From Somniosus microcephalus (Eukaryota), in contig CM126210.1 of NCBI GenBank assembly GCA_052327205.1, positions 139,934,001 to 139,998,000 on the forward strand: DNA of 64,000 nt, in the 5' to 3' direction. This document shows, in pieces, positions 34,501 to 47,875 of the stretch. The notes beneath the pieces were generated by a model, which made no database searches, had not been told where the DNA came from, and saw only the letters and a list, made by a program, of their open reading frames with translations. Within the stretch, counting starts at the first letter, position 1; every line of letters starts with the position of its first letter. Position numbers and translations under genes: made by a program.

Positions 34501-34878
34501 AACAACATTTTCTGCCCTCTGAAACTCACCATCTGCAGCATGACATCCTTTACACCACTTCTGCAGGTGTCAGCTTATCAGAAACATCAGAGCAGACTCA
34601 ACCTGGCGTGTTCTCCGATCAGCGGGTAACCCATGGGGAGAACGTAAAATTTGAAGGAAGCCTCAAAATAGTCTTAAATTGGCTGTTAACAAGCCATTTA
34701 ACAAGCTGAATTGTATCCCCTGCCACTTGGTGTTGGGTCAGTTCTCCACTGACAGACCCGACACATGGAAGACTCGCGTGGAGGCGGGTTGACAGCGGGT
34801 TTCCTACCCGCTCTCAATCTTTGCTATTTTGACAGCGGACCCACCTCCAAACCTCTGAGCGCTATTAAATTCGCGGCC
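31541..34878 (+). mobile_element. Non-autonomous Harbinger element with Myb/SANT remnant, interrupted by Penelope
   Basis: 15-bp TIRs ggccgtgaatttaat / attaaattcgcggcc and 3-bp TSD CAT (31538-31540, 34879-34881). LRLSNDSLHMLMEGV..EVLFP and WLHIAQE..FNDL remnants. Confidence 0.9.
32325..33904 (-). mobile_element. Penelope-like retroelement, 5'-truncated (RT plus GIY-YIG)
   Basis: GVAMGTRMGPSYA, FRYIDD, LPFLD, VYCIRC..YIGET. 13-bp TSD gaagtttctggta (32312-32324, 33905-33917). Degenerate hammerhead-like motif at about 32385-32421. Confidence 0.93.
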
Positions 34879-37800
34879 CATGACTCCCATCCGCCTACCT
34901 ACCCAACAGCCAGCCGCACACTGTTCTTGAACAGGCAACAGACCAGAATAAAATCTTAGGCCAATTTGGGGGGGGGTGGGGGGAAAAGCCCTGGGAACTT
35001 CCTGTCAGACTGCCCCCACCCTCCACCTCCACAGAGGTGACCAAACAAGTTCCAGGTGACCACGGTGACTGGGAGGTGTCTCCCCAAATACCCCAGCTAC
35101 CTATTTATATATACTCAGCCATAGTGAGGAAGTCAGCCAGCTCCCTTTTGAAAATTTATAGCGTCCACACTCTGCACTTCTGAAGACTTTGGATTAGCTT
35201 CTTAGCTGTTGCATTCTGTCTGAAAGAGACTGGTAGCTAGGAATATAATCAGCAATACAACTATAATATTGTTCTATAACAACATCGCTGGAAACATTTG
35301 ACTGAAAGTAAAAGTGTTTTAAACTTGTTTATTTGTTTTAAAAATGGATTTGGTAATCAGATATACAAGAGAAAAATCAATTTCTAACTAATTGCAAGGC
35401 ATTGCTTATATTCATAGTAAAAGCTGATAGCTCTTGGGAAGCATGTGACAACATTCTTGTTTTCCTCCTTAAGTCATCATGTGACTACAGTCTGTAAACA
35501 GCCAGATGAATGGATAGGAATTTCATGTGTGATCAGTAATAATTGATCTCAGTTGACCTTTCCACCTCAGCAGCTTAGTAAAAGTAGTTCTTGCAACTGA
35601 CTGAAATTAGCTACATCACAGCAAGTCAGTTTACTTTCATTTATTTTGGAATTGTTTTCAAGCATTTAATTACAACACACGAGTCCTGTTACAGTAAGAG
35701 CGTGTGGTTTATTACATTTCATTGAAACGTATGCCCAGAACATCAGAATTGTATTTTCAATATGCATTATTTACTATCTTCATTTGCCCTGGAAACTTCT
35801 CCATAGAGTCACACATTTTCATGCATCAATATACTTGCATTCATTTAACAATTACGTACTTGTGTAACTCAGTTCATAGAAGTCTTCAGGACTAGCTACA
35901 CACCCATGTTTACAATTCTAATGATCTACAAATACTAATTATTGGCAAAAAAAATTTTAAAAAAATTCTATCTTCTTCAATCCACAATTATTTTCACGAA
36001 CAATGTGGAGCACAAATGCCAATTTTATTGTTTGCCAATAACATTGCAAATCACTTATGGCATTTGCAAGTCATGAAGTCTTCCTCATTCATGGAGTAAA
36101 TGGTGTATCCCAGTATTCCTCATTGGCTGTTGTAGAAACAACATGTGAAAAGGTATGAAGGAGCTATAATAAGTGCTGTATATTAGCCAGAGCTAATCAC
36201 GTGAGCTTGATGCACGTAATCAGCAAAGCTGAACTTGTGATGTTATCACCTTCCAAAATATTTTATTTCATATCATCTTTCCTAAGCCTCTGTAAATTTT
36301 TAATGAAGACAGAAAATTAGCATTGTGAATAAACAAAATAGTGCATGTACAGGAAATTCACATGACCATATAATCTTTGAAGATTTATGTTGCTGGAGGA
36401 ATTTTAGATAAGTACAAAATACTGTAATCAATGGTTAATGATGTGATAAATATTTGTGTGAATGAGCTGACCAAATATATGAAAGAGGTGACAAAATATC
36501 AAAGTGCAGTCAGAAATAAGGTGTTATGTACTTGTATGTATAAATACTTCACCTCTCTCAGAAAATAATTCATTATAACCTGTAGAAAAATTGTTCTGGT
36601 GTTGTTAAAGTTTTGTTTAATTAATCGGATTGTTAACATATAGTCTATAGCATTAACTTTAAAAAACACATCTTTTCAATACTTTTATGATTACATACCT
36701 GGCTTCTCTGATTAAAAAGCAATGATGATTGGGGTGCTATGCAGGACATATGAAGAAGATCTCGCCTGATTCCCCAGAGCTCAGACTTTAGCTCCCGAGC
36801 CTATGGACTCAAATTTCTGGGCAGTTACTCATCCAACATCTTTCCTTTTAGAGCATCTCACTCACACTGAGGCACTGAGAACCATCTCAGAGAATCTGAG
36901 ACAAATGGCAGAGATCATGTGGACTCCAATGGCATCCTCAGTGCCAATATGCCTGAGAGGGATCTGACCCAATGCAGCATTGCCTGAACTGGGTGGTGGC
37001 ACTACAAACATCTGCATCTGTCCGTTCCCCCCAACAGAGAGGCCTGCAGACCAATCCGTGCGTCCTAAGTCGATGCTTTGACCACTGGCCTTCAGGCCTT
37101 GGGAGAACTGTTTTGAGAGAACGATGGAAAGCGGCTTCTAAGAGCTTCAGGACTCAGCACAAATGGGGTAGCTAGAATCTGCCATCGTCTCTCCTGGTGA
37201 CAGCTCATGTGACCTTTCTAGCCAGCTTTTCCTAAGGTGTCATTACAGCACAGCACTAGGATAGGTTTCAGAACAGCATGAGAAGCACCAGTGGTTGGCA
37301 CGGTGGTAATAGGAAGCACTTTCTGTAAATCTATATGTGCACTTGGCACTATCAAGTCAAATCTTCTAAAATTAATCTGTTCTTTATTTTTTGTGTTGGA
37401 AAGGATGTTCGAAGTTCAGTTTGCCTTGGGAGGCAGTTTCTTCTATGTCCCCTTACTGAACCATTGCCTCCTTCTGAACATCGCTGAGGGAGACTCTTGG
37501 TCTGTGGTCTCTGGTGGAAAGGTACCTCCTGGTTTGTCTTCTCCATAGGTGGGGCCTTATCCTGTGTGACTCATTTCCTCTACCTCCTGCTCCTGTTCCA
37601 CCTCTGTTATAGTGAACCCTATGGCAAGGGCTCCAGGACAGAAGGGTGGGAAGAAAATAATTCCCCTGAATGAAACTGTGAAAAGGCAGTTTTCAGAATT
37701 ATTTCCCAGTTGCACAGCTGAAAAAGATTTTTCTAATCTATTCAATCGAATCTAATGTTTCAGACAAGGTTTGTGGGCACTCAAAGCTTGTGAGCTCAAC

Positions 37801-38377
37801 TACTAATTGGTTCTACAGGTAACTTACTCCTCTTTTCTACAAGCTTAACTTAAGTTGGGTGTAATTCTGGTGTAAATGACAATTTCTGAAAGAGCAGCTT
37901 TGACCCATTTGGGGGCGGACACATCTGTTTCCAGCAACCAATTCCGCCAGTATTTTGGAATGGTGTAACTTAGGTGTATCTGATTTACACCCCAAATATT
38001 GGTCCCCTGTGGCAGGACTGCAGCACTTTCCCACCTAGCCTCTGATTGAAAAGAACTGAAGTTTGAGGTGCTGTACAGGACATGTGAAGAAAACTTTATC
38101 TGATTCCAAGGATCCTACTCCGGACAACCATTTGCCCAGCTGCTTGTTCTATGGTGAATTATTTACAATTTATTTTAAGTATATATAATATACCTAAAGG
38201 TGCATAATTTGCTCAATATGTTTCAGGAATTAAAAGTATGTAAGGTCCTATTGCAATTTCAGATGCTCTTGGAACAGGCCTGAGGAGCCCTGAAGACGAG
38301 CTTCATTGCCTCTCACATTTTCAGCACCGTTGTACATCATTTAGTTGGACAAATGTAAGAGTATGGTTCATTTTTTT

Positions 38378-41245
38378 ATGCAAAGAGTCTTGCAAATAAG
38401 GTGGATGAACTGAAGTTGTTGTTGAACACATGGGAGTACGATATTGTTGCTATCACGGAGACATGGTTGAGGGAGGGTCAGGACTGGCAGCTCAATATTC
38501 CGGGGTATAGAATCTTCAGGAGAGACAGAGGGGGGTGTAAAAGGGGAGGGGGTGTTGCAATATTAATTAAGGAGTCAATTACTGCTGTAAGGAGGGATGA
38601 TATATTAGCGGGTTCCTCTAATGAGGCCATATGGGTAGAAATTAAAAACAAAAAGGGGGCAAGCACCTTGCTGGGAGTGTACTATAGGCCCCCAAACAGT
38701 CAAGGGGAGATAGAGGAACAGATATGTAGGCAAATCTCAGAGAAGTGCGAAAATAATAGGGTAATAATAGTGGGGGATTTCAACTTCCCCAATATTAATT
38801 GGGATAGTCAGAGTGTGAAAGGCTTAGGGGGTGCAGAATTCTTAAAGTGCATCCAGGAGAGCTTTTTGAGCCAACATGTAGAAAGTCCTACAAGAGAGGG
38901 GGCAGTACTGGACCTAATTCTAGGGAATGTAGCCGGGCAAGTGGTGGAAGTGTCAGTAGGAGAGCATTTTGGCGACAGTGACCATAATTCGGTGAGATTT
39001 AAGGTGGTCATGGAAAAAGACAATGACGGCCCGGAAATAAGGGTTCTAAATTGGGGGATGGCCGATTTTAATATGATAAGGCAGGATCTGGCCAAAGTGG
39101 ACTGGGAGCAGCTACTTATAGGAAAATCCACATCAAAGCAGTGGGAGGCTTTCAGAAGGGAAATAGAGAGAGTACAATGCCAACATGTTCCTGTAAAGGT
39201 CAAGGGTGGGACCAACAAGCAAAGGGAACCTTGGATGACAAGGGATATACAAAAATGCATTAGGAAAAAAAGGGGGGCTTTTGGCAGTTACAAAAGACTA
39301 AAGACGGAGGAAGCCCTAGAGGAGTATAAAAAGTGCAGGGGCATACTTAAAAAAGAAATTAGGAGGGCGAGGAGGGGCCATGAAATAACACTGGCGAGCA
39401 AAATAAAGGAAAATCCTAAGATGTTTTATAAGTATATTAAGGGCAAGAGGATAACCAGGGAAAGGGTAGGGCCCATTAGGGACCAAAGTGGCAATCTGTG
39501 TGTAGAGCCAGATGATGTAGGCGGGGTTTTAAATGAATTTTTTGCATCTGTGCTCACTATGGAGAAAGATGATGTAGACATAGAAATCGGGCAAGGGGAC
39601 TGTGACATACTTGAACATATTAGCATCGGGAGGGAGGAGGTACTAGCGGTTTTAGCAGGCCAAAAAGTGGATAAATCCCCAGGCCCGGACGAGATGTATC
39701 CCAGGCTGTTGTGTGAGGCAAGGGAGGAGATTGCAGGGGCTCTGACACAAATTTTCAGAACCTCTCTGGCCACAGGGGATGTACCAGAGGACTGGAGAAC
39801 AGCTAACGTAGTACCATTATTCAAGAAGGGTAGCAGGGATAAACCAGGGAATTACAGGCCAGTGAGCCTAACATCTGTGGTAGGGAAATTATTGGAAAAA
39901 ATTCTGAGGGACAAAATTAGTCTCCACTTGGAGAGGCAAGGATTAATCGGGGATAGTCAGCATGGCTTTGTCAAGGGTAAATCATGTCTGACAAATCTGA
40001 TTGAATTTTTCGAGGGGGTGACTAGGGGGGTGGATGAGGGAAATGCTGTGGATGTGGTTTACATGGACTTCAGTAAAGCTTTTGACAAAGTCCCGCATAG
40101 GAGACTGGTCAAGAAGGTAAGAGCCCATGGGATCCAGGGTGCCTTGGCGCGTTGGATCCTAAACTGGCTGAGTGGCAGGAGGCAGAGGGTGATGGTCGAA
40201 GGTTGCTTTTGTGACTGGAAGCCTGTGTCTAGTGGGGTACTTCAGGGATCGGTGCTGGGTCCCTTGCTGTTTGTGATCTACATAAATGATTTGGATGAGA
40301 ATGTAAAAGGTATGATCAGTAAGTTCGCAGATGACACGAAAATTGGTGGGGTGATAAATTGTGAGGAGGAAAGCCTCAGGCTACAGGAAGATATAAACGA
40401 GTTGGTCAGATGGGCGGAAAAGTGGCAAATGGAATTTAACCCTGAAAAGTGCGAGGTGATGCATTTTGGACGGACAAATAAGGCAAGGGAGTACACAATG
40501 AGTGGTAGGACCCTAGGAAGTACAGAGGGTCAGAGGGACCTTGGTGTGCATGTACATAGATCCCTGAAGGCAGCGGAACAGGTAGATAAGGTGGTTAAAG
40601 AGGCATATGGGATACTTGCCTTCATTAGCCGAGGCATAGAATATAAGAGCAGGGAGGTTATGATGGAGCTGTACAAAACGCTGGTGAGGCCACAGCTGGA
40701 GTACTGTGTGCAGTTCTGGTCGCCTCACTATAGGAAGGATGTGATTGCTTTAGAGAGGGTGCAGAGAAGATTCACCAGGATGTTACCTGGGATGGAGCGC
40801 CTCAGCTATGAAGAAAGACTAAACAGGCTGGGGTTGTTTTCATTGGAGCAAAGAAGGCTGAGGGGGGACCTGATTGAGGTGTACAAAATGATGAGGGGCA
40901 TAGATAGGGTAGATAAAGAGGAACTTTTCCCCTTAGTAGGGGGGTCAATAACAAGGGGGCATAGATTCAAGGTAAGGGGCAGGAGATTTAGAGGGGATTT
41001 GAGGAGGAACTTTTTCACCCAGAGGGTGGTTGGAATCTGGAACTCTCTGCCTGAAAGGGTGGTAGAGGCAGGAACCCTCACAACATTCAAGAAGCATTTG
41101 GATGAGCACTTGAAATGCCATTGCATACAAGGCTATGGACCAAATGCTGGAAAATGGGATTAGACTGGACAGGGATTGATGGACGGCGCAGACACGATGG
41201 GCCGAAGGGCCTCTTTCTGTGCTGTAAAACTCTATGACTCTATTT
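38378..41245 (+). mobile_element. CR1 LINE, 5'-truncated at the start of ORF2
   Basis: Long open ORF2 followed by the CR1 3' hairpin region and a (ctctatga)n tail. Confidence 0.95.
38401..41163 (+). CDS. CR1 ORF2: APE endonuclease plus reverse transcriptase (920 aa, uninterrupted, lacks native start)
   Basis: Motifs ITETWL, YYRPPN, GDFNFP, SDHN, KSPGPD, NYRPVSLTS, QGSVLGP, KFADD, WNSLP. Confidence 0.9.
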   Translation: MDELKLLLNTWEYDIVAITETWLREGQDWQLNIPGYRIFRRDRGGCKRGGGVAILIKESITAVRRDDILAGSSNEAIWVEIKNKKGASTLLGVYYRPPNSQGEIEEQICRQISEKCENNRVIIVGDFNFPNINWDSQSVKGLGGAEFLKCIQESFLSQHVESPTREGAVLDLILGNVAGQVVEVSVGEHFGDSDHNSVRFKVVMEKDNDGPEIRVLNWGMADFNMIRQDLAKVDWEQLLIGKSTSKQWEAFRREIERVQCQHVPVKVKGGTNKQREPWMTRDIQKCIRKKRGAFGSYKRLKTEEALEEYKKCRGILKKEIRRARRGHEITLASKIKENPKMFYKYIKGKRITRERVGPIRDQSGNLCVEPDDVGGVLNEFFASVLTMEKDDVDIEIGQGDCDILEHISIGREEVLAVLAGQKVDKSPGPDEMYPRLLCEAREEIAGALTQIFRTSLATGDVPEDWRTANVVPLFKKGSRDKPGNYRPVSLTSVVGKLLEKILRDKISLHLERQGLIGDSQHGFVKGKSCLTNLIEFFEGVTRGVDEGNAVDVVYMDFSKAFDKVPHRRLVKKVRAHGIQGALARWILNWLSGRRQRVMVEGCFCDWKPVSSGVLQGSVLGPLLFVIYINDLDENVKGMISKFADDTKIGGVINCEEESLRLQEDINELVRWAEKWQMEFNPEKCEVMHFGRTNKAREYTMSGRTLGSTEGQRDLGVHVHRSLKAAEQVDKVVKEAYGILAFISRGIEYKSREVMMELYKTLVRPQLEYCVQFWSPHYRKDVIALERVQRRFTRMLPGMERLSYEERLNRLGLFSLEQRRLRGDLIEVYKMMRGIDRVDKEELFPLVGGSITRGHRFKVRGRRFRGDLRRNFFTQRVVGIWNSLPERVVEAGTLTTFKKHLDEHLKCHCIQGYGPNAGKWD

Positions 41246-41984
41246 AACTTTTCATTGTCTAAGCTTCATATGGATAACACATAATGATGAATAAAATGGT
41301 TTATACTAGTTTAATATTCAATAAATAGCAATGATGTTCAGCTTCATGCTCTTCACAAAGTAGTTGTGTGTAGCATTAATAATTTTGAACGTTGGAATGA
41401 TTTTGTAAAGGATGTAGTCTACAGTGGTGAAGAGGTCACAGTGCTACATTTATGATGGCTTAAAACACACTCCAAATAAGCAATAGTAATGATTTCCATC
41501 CAGGGAATAATGAGATGTTGGAAATGAGCTGAAAAGTGACGAACTACACTGGTGCAATGAGCACTTGCACATCTTGAAACTAAAATGTAGTCAGAAAGAA
41601 AGAAATATATTATTGCTATAATTTGCCTGATTATACTTTCATGGAACATGTTTGTTGAAGTTAATTGATATATGTAGGCTGCAACTAATAATATTTCTGA
41701 CTTTGTAAAAGGTTATAGGCACTGGAAATTATTTCAATTCAATATTATAGGCGTGTGGATAAACAACATGTTCTGGTGGGAGAGGATTTGTTCACTCTGC
41801 AGCTGTTTTCTCTCAAAACTGGAGTATACAGTTACAAATAAGTGAAACCTATGACATAATGATAGCACTATTTTCCATTTCCTATGTTGCTTTAACTGCA
41901 ACTGACCTCTGGCTAATTTTATGTGGTGCCGTGCTGGAGTGATTTTCAACTATCTGTTTCTCGTCTGCAAACAAACCGCCTTCA

Positions 41985-42495
41985 CTTGCAAATTGGGAGG
42001 TGGGGAAGAGGGTGGGGCCACTCACTTGACACCCAAGACCCGCCTGATGCAATTTTCAGGTAGGCCTGTAAATAAGTAAGCAGGAAGTACCCTTGAAATG
42101 GACGTAAGGCTGCTTAAATATGCAAATTGGGGTTTTCTAGGACCCTGATTGCATATTTCAGGTACAAATGGGGGAGTGTGCATCGCGCGCACGCGGTCCA
42201 TTTCTACCAGGCATTGAGCGGCCTAATGAGCTTTTTTTTGGCGGGACCAGGAAAAGCAGGCCAGCTCCTCCTGTGCCTCCCAAAAGACCTCTGGCCCATT
42301 GCCAGAATTGCTTTCAACACCCCCTACACTGGACACGACCTGCCAGCCAGCTCGCCTGATTTCCCGCTCTCCAGAAATGGGGAGCTGCAGCAGGCGCCCG
42401 CAGCTCGCCTGCCAACCTGCTTAGCGAGGCCCAGGCCTCAAACTACTTCTGGCTTGGTGCCCGACTTCACGCCCATTTTTTGGTGGAAATCCAAG
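41985..42495. mobile_element. Degenerate GC-rich MITE-like repeat
   Basis: GC-rich island with internal inverted motifs (aaatatgcaaat / ttgcatattt), resembling 56550-57090; ends unclear. Confidence 0.4.
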
Positions 42496-43559
42496 ACCTC
42501 TTCCGTTTGAGTACACCATGGATCTGTTCTTCACTTGACACTTATTATACTGTAGTTAATTACAATTTCAATGCTTTGTGATTTAACATTTTTGCATGTT
42601 GTAAGAAATGTCATATCTACAGTGATATTTATGAAACCCTCTGTTTGATTCATTTCAAACCATTAACCTTGCACAGAATGAGCCCCAAGTACTGTAGTGT
42701 GGGAACATTTTTCCTCTATCTAACATCTATAGGAATGATTTGTAAAGCCACAGTACTAAAGGAAAATGTGGCTAAACCAATGAATATAGATTATTTAATA
42801 TAGATTACTAATTAATTATACCCAGATTACTGTATTGCTTAAAAATTACAACTTAATTATGGTTGTGTAATAGTAACAATACAATACACATAATACAAAA
42901 CTTATTCAGAGATCTCTTACAAAGCAATTAATATCTGATACAACAAAGAATTAACAAAAATATACACAAGGGTATGTCTCATAAAACAATGTGATTTTTA
43001 CTTAGATGTTTTAAAAGAAGTTAATATTACTATATTTGATTAATTGCATATTATTATGTTATTACTCCAGCCTATCCCCGCTCCCCAGTTTTTGCTTCCC
43101 ATCTTCAAACTCCCCTGGGAACGGATGAAGACTTAAATTCACACGGACTGGTTGGCTCAAAATAGAATGTGCAGCAGTTCTGATATGCAGGATTAGAAGA
43201 TGACTAGATTTAAAGACAGAAATGCTTTTAAAACAGGAGCCTGAGACATTACATTTTAAAAGCAATTTAATTACTCATTCTGATTGTGTGAATTTTGATC
43301 AATTACTTCTTGTTGAATGTGAGGAGTACTGACACACCCTCCAGGCTTGGAATAGTCCTAAAATAGTGAATTGGATTTAAAAAATACTTACTAGAAATGA
43401 ATTTTAACACTATACTATAACCTGCAGAATCATTTGCCTTCCCTGTGGTTACTGATATTTCTGAATACCCACTGATCAAGCACCTCACAGTAATATTGTT
43501 GCAGAAGAATTTGTTACTGTGTTCACACGTAGGTCTGAATGCCCTTTTTGGAACATAAC

Positions 43560-44279
43560 GGTCCTTAATTTGCAGTCAGCGGCAAAGCAAAGGCATTCGC
43601 CGTTGGTCCCAAAGTAAGCTTTCCACAAAGATCTTGCAATCTCTGTGGCAAGAAGTTCAGCTTTTTACGATGCATAATTGAAATCAACGCAAGTTAATGG
43701 GGATCTCCTAGCGCGAGCTGCTGTGACACCAACAAGCTGCCTAAGCAGCCAATCAAAATGCAGAATTCTCACACAACAAACCAGGAAGTGGGTAAGCTCC
43801 TTTGGATTCTAACTTTTTAAAAATGCTATAGAGAGAGCAAAACAAAGATTGGGGCTCTCACATGGGGAAAAGGCAAACCTGAAATAAAGATGAACAAACT
43901 TCAAAAAAATTAAAAATTTTTAAAGTTTCTTAATTTTAATTTTTATTAAAATGGATAAATTTGCCACTCCACCGAATTAAAATTAGTTTTTCAGAGCCAT
44001 AACCTTTGTTCAGCAGTCAATAAGCTGTTAAAACCCCAGTTACACCTAATCCAAAAGAGTCGAACTTTAATGGGGTGTTTAACAGTGGTAAACAGGGTGG
44101 TGGGGGGGTGGGGGGGCCACAGTGCAGCCGGTGGAGGAGCAGTGAATGACAGACCGCAACTTCAAGATTTCTGCATTAGGCTGCGCATGCACCGAGTCTT
44201 GAAGTTGCGGTCAGTTTCAAAGACGAATTGACGGCGAACACTGCCAGTTCACTGTCATCAGGACTGCAAGTTCTGGGCC
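43560..44279. mobile_element. Harbinger-like MITE
   Basis: Imperfect TIRs ggtccttaatttgcagtc / gactgcaagttctgggcc; AT-rich centre as in 18428-19186. Confidence 0.6.
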
Positions 44280-45114
44280 AATAGTAATAGATCAAGCTCT
44301 CCGCATATTACAGTACTGCTTTATATAACATAACATAAACCATTAGGATTTATTTTGCAAAGTTATATACAGTTCAATACCCTTTCCATAAATACTAGTT
44401 CTAGGCCTAGACTGACTCCATTATACTTATAGATCTCCAGTAGCAAAGATTGTCTTTAATGTCCAATGTCATGATGGCTGGAGTCGGTCATCGCTGTCCT
44501 TTTCAAATCTGGATGAGCTCAGGTTGGACTGTTCAGCTTGACTTTGTTGGTCTTGGTACTCTATCTTGCATCTCTGGTTCCTGACAGCTCTCTGTCTGTG
44601 TCTTTGTTGCTCTGGTGTCACATAGCAAACCGTTTTTCTACTTTTTCGCTAGCTGTGACTCAGTCTCAAGCTTTGCCTCTTAGCATCGACTGCTCTCCTG
44701 GTGTTGGGCTCGGCTCTAGCCCTGCTTTCTGTCTGGGTCTCCACCCTACCCTGATTTCCCACTCTTCTAATGCTCAAGCTTTAAGTGTGTGGGGTGGAGG
44801 GGAGGCAAGGGAACTACTGCTGCAGGTTAACAGGAGAAGTTAAAGATAGTATTAGATCAAAGGAAGAGGCTTATAATGTTGCCAAAAAGAGCAGTACGCC
44901 TGAGGATTGGGAGGATTTTAGAATTCAGCAAAAGAGGACCAAGAAATTGATTTAAAAAAAGGGAAAATAGAATATGAGAGTAAACTAGTGAGAGACATAA
45001 AAGCTTCTATAGGTATGGAAAAAGAAAAAGATTAGTGAAAGTAAATGTGGATCCCTTACAGGAGAAATTATAATGGGGAATAAGGAAATGGCAGAGAAAT
45101 TAAACAAATACTTT

Positions 45115-46686
45115 GGCCACTAATTTAATCGCGCTGAGGGGGCGGGTTTGGAGGTGGGTCTGCTGTCAAAATCACAAAGATTGACAGTGGGTAGGAAATC
45201 CACCCGCCTCCACGTGAGTCTCCCAGGTCGGGTCTGTCAGCGCAAAACTGACTCAACACCAAGCGGCGGGGGAGAAAATTCTGGTACTTAAATGGCTTGT
45301 TAAGTGCCAATTTAAGAGTACTTTGAGGCTTACTTGTAATTTTACCTTCTCCCCCACTGGTTACCTGCTGCTCAGGCAACACGCCAGCTCAACCTGGCGT
45401 GTTGTGAGTCTGCTCTGCTGTTTGTGATAAGCTGACAGCTGCAGAAGTGGTATCAAGGATGTTATGTTGCAGATGGTGAGTTTCAGAGCACAGAAACTTT
45501 TGGTTACAGCATTTTAAATACATATAGAGATTTATTTAACTTACAAGTTTTTAGATCCAACTGTATGTCCAGTGCCACCTCATTGGGAGAGCCTCTCTCA
45601 CCATTGACGGATCGCTTTTGTCATCTCACCTGCAGCTGCCATCTATTGCAGCAACATCGGAGCCAATGAAACAATCAGACCTTGGTCCTCCGAATCCTTC
45701 CACAAACAGCCCCAACACCAACATCACCAACAACATCACCAACCTTCTCTGCCATCATCTGATGCTGCACTGGACAACGGACATCAGCCCCTGACAAAAT
45801 TACTGCCTGGGAGGCCAGCGATGGCATCAGCATGTCCAGATTTTCTACACTTGACACTGTAAACCCTGGCTGCCACATGATGCGCCAGTTTGACACCATC
45901 CAACACCAGCGCCGTGAAGCATCACTTTAATGTCCAAGCCATTCCATGCACACTCATCACTATAGTGGGGTGGGGCAGGAAGGGGGGTGTTATGACTGAA
46001 CAATCACTGGAACTCAGTAAGACATCTCTCAAGGTGCGTTCAGATCTGTCCAATAAGGAGCACTTTTTGAAAAAGTGATTTCACTGTATGACATCACATT
46101 ACCAGAAACTTCACATGGACATTGGCTAAATCTCTCAAGTGCCTACCCTTGTGTGTTGTTAGTTGGTATGCTTGCAGTAGGATGAGGGTGGGTGTGAGGG
46201 GTGCCGAGTGAGATGGGGAAGTTATAAAGTAGATAGAGAGGGTTGGGTGGAGGGGCAAGGTAAGCTGGTGTCCTGGGGTGGGGGGGGGGTCTCTTCTGCC
46301 CTTGGAAGGGAAGAGAACCTCCCTGCATGCTTTGACTCCCTCCATAAGCATATGGAGGCAGCCACTGGAGAGCCTGGGTGCAAGCATTCACCTTTGTGCA
46401 GTGATTGTCAGTGTTTGCAGCACTTCAATGCTGTCAAACACTGACAGAACAACTGTCAAACTCCATGTGGACGTGGTCCCTTTAAGGAAACTGGCTGATG
46501 ACGCGTCATTAAATGACGTCATCAGACTCGCTTCCTGTTAATTGGCTGGTAAGCCCATAGGGCGGGCTTAACGAGGCCAATCAAGGAAAAATCACATCTG
46601 CGGAGCAGATGCAGCTGGGAGCTGGACCGGAACCTGGAAACCAGCTCTCCTGCCCCCATTCCGCCTCCTCCATTAAATTTGCGGCC
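45115..46686 (-). mobile_element. Non-autonomous Harbinger element (same family as 31541-34878, uninterrupted)
   Basis: TIRs ggccactaatttaat / attaaatttgcggcc with TSD TTT. Contains a single copy of the Penelope target site (taccagaaacttc, about 46100). Confidence 0.9.
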
Positions 46687-47875
46687 TTTGCCTCTGTCTT
46701 CATGGAAGAAGACACAAAAAACCTCCCAAAAATAGTGGAGAACCAAGGGTCTAGCGAGAATGAGGAACTGAAAGAAATTAGTATTAGTAAACAAAATAGT
46801 ACTGGAGAAATGAATGGGACTGAAAGCCGATAAAGCCCCTGGATCTGATGGCCTACATCCTAGGGTTTTGAAAGAGGTGGCTATAGAGATAGTGGATGCA
46901 TTGGTTGCCATCCATAGATTCTAGAATGGTTCCCACGGATTGGAAGGTAGTAAATGTAACCCTAATATTTAAAACGGGAAGGAGAGAGAAAACGGGGAAC
47001 TACAGACCAGTTAGCCTGACATCAGGAGTAGGGAAAATGCTAGAACCTATTATTAAGTACGTGGTAACAGGGCACTTAGAAAATAATAATAGGATTGAGC
47101 AGAGTCAACACGGATTTATGAAAGGGAAATCATTTTTGACAAATCTGTGAGAGTTTTTTGAGGTTGTAACTAGCAGAATAGATAAGGGGGAAACCAGTGG
47201 ATGTGGTGTATTTGGATTTTCAGAAAGCATTTGACAAGAGGTTATTAAACAAAATTTAGGGCTCATGGGATTGGCGGTAATATACTAGCATGGATTGAGG
47301 ATTGGTTAATGGACAGAAAACAGAGAGTAGGAATAAACGGGTCATTTTCGGGTTGGCAGGCTGTAACTAGTGGGGTACCGCAAGGATCAGAACTTGGGCC
47401 TCAGCTATTCACAATCTATATCAATGATTTGGATGCGGGGACCAAATGTAATATATCCAAGTTTGCTGATGATACAAAGCTGGGTGGGAATGTAAGTTGT
47501 GAGGAGGATGCAAAGAGGCTTCAAGGGGATATAAATAGGCTGAGTGAATCGGCAAGAACATGGCAAATGGAATATAATGTGGAGAAATGTGAAGTTATCC
47601 ACTTTGGTAGAAAACATAGAAAAGCAGAGTAGTTTTTAAATGGTGAGAGGTTGGTCTTCAGGGAGACCTGGGTGTCCTTGTACACAAATCACTGAAAGTT
47701 AACATAAGGTACAGCAAGCAATTAAGAAAGCAAATGGTATGTTGGCCTTTATTAAAAGAGGATTTGAGTATAAGAGTAAAGATGTCCTACTGTAATTATG
47801 TAAGGCCCTGGTGAGACCACACCTGGAGTATTGTGTACAGTTTTGCTCTCCTTACCTAATGAAGGATATACTTGC

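Noticed and set aside
34900-38370. Exons of a neighbouring host gene (CEP85L lies next to MCM9 in mammals)
   Set aside because: I found no recognisable peptide or convincing exon by eye. Small exons cannot be excluded without spliced alignment.
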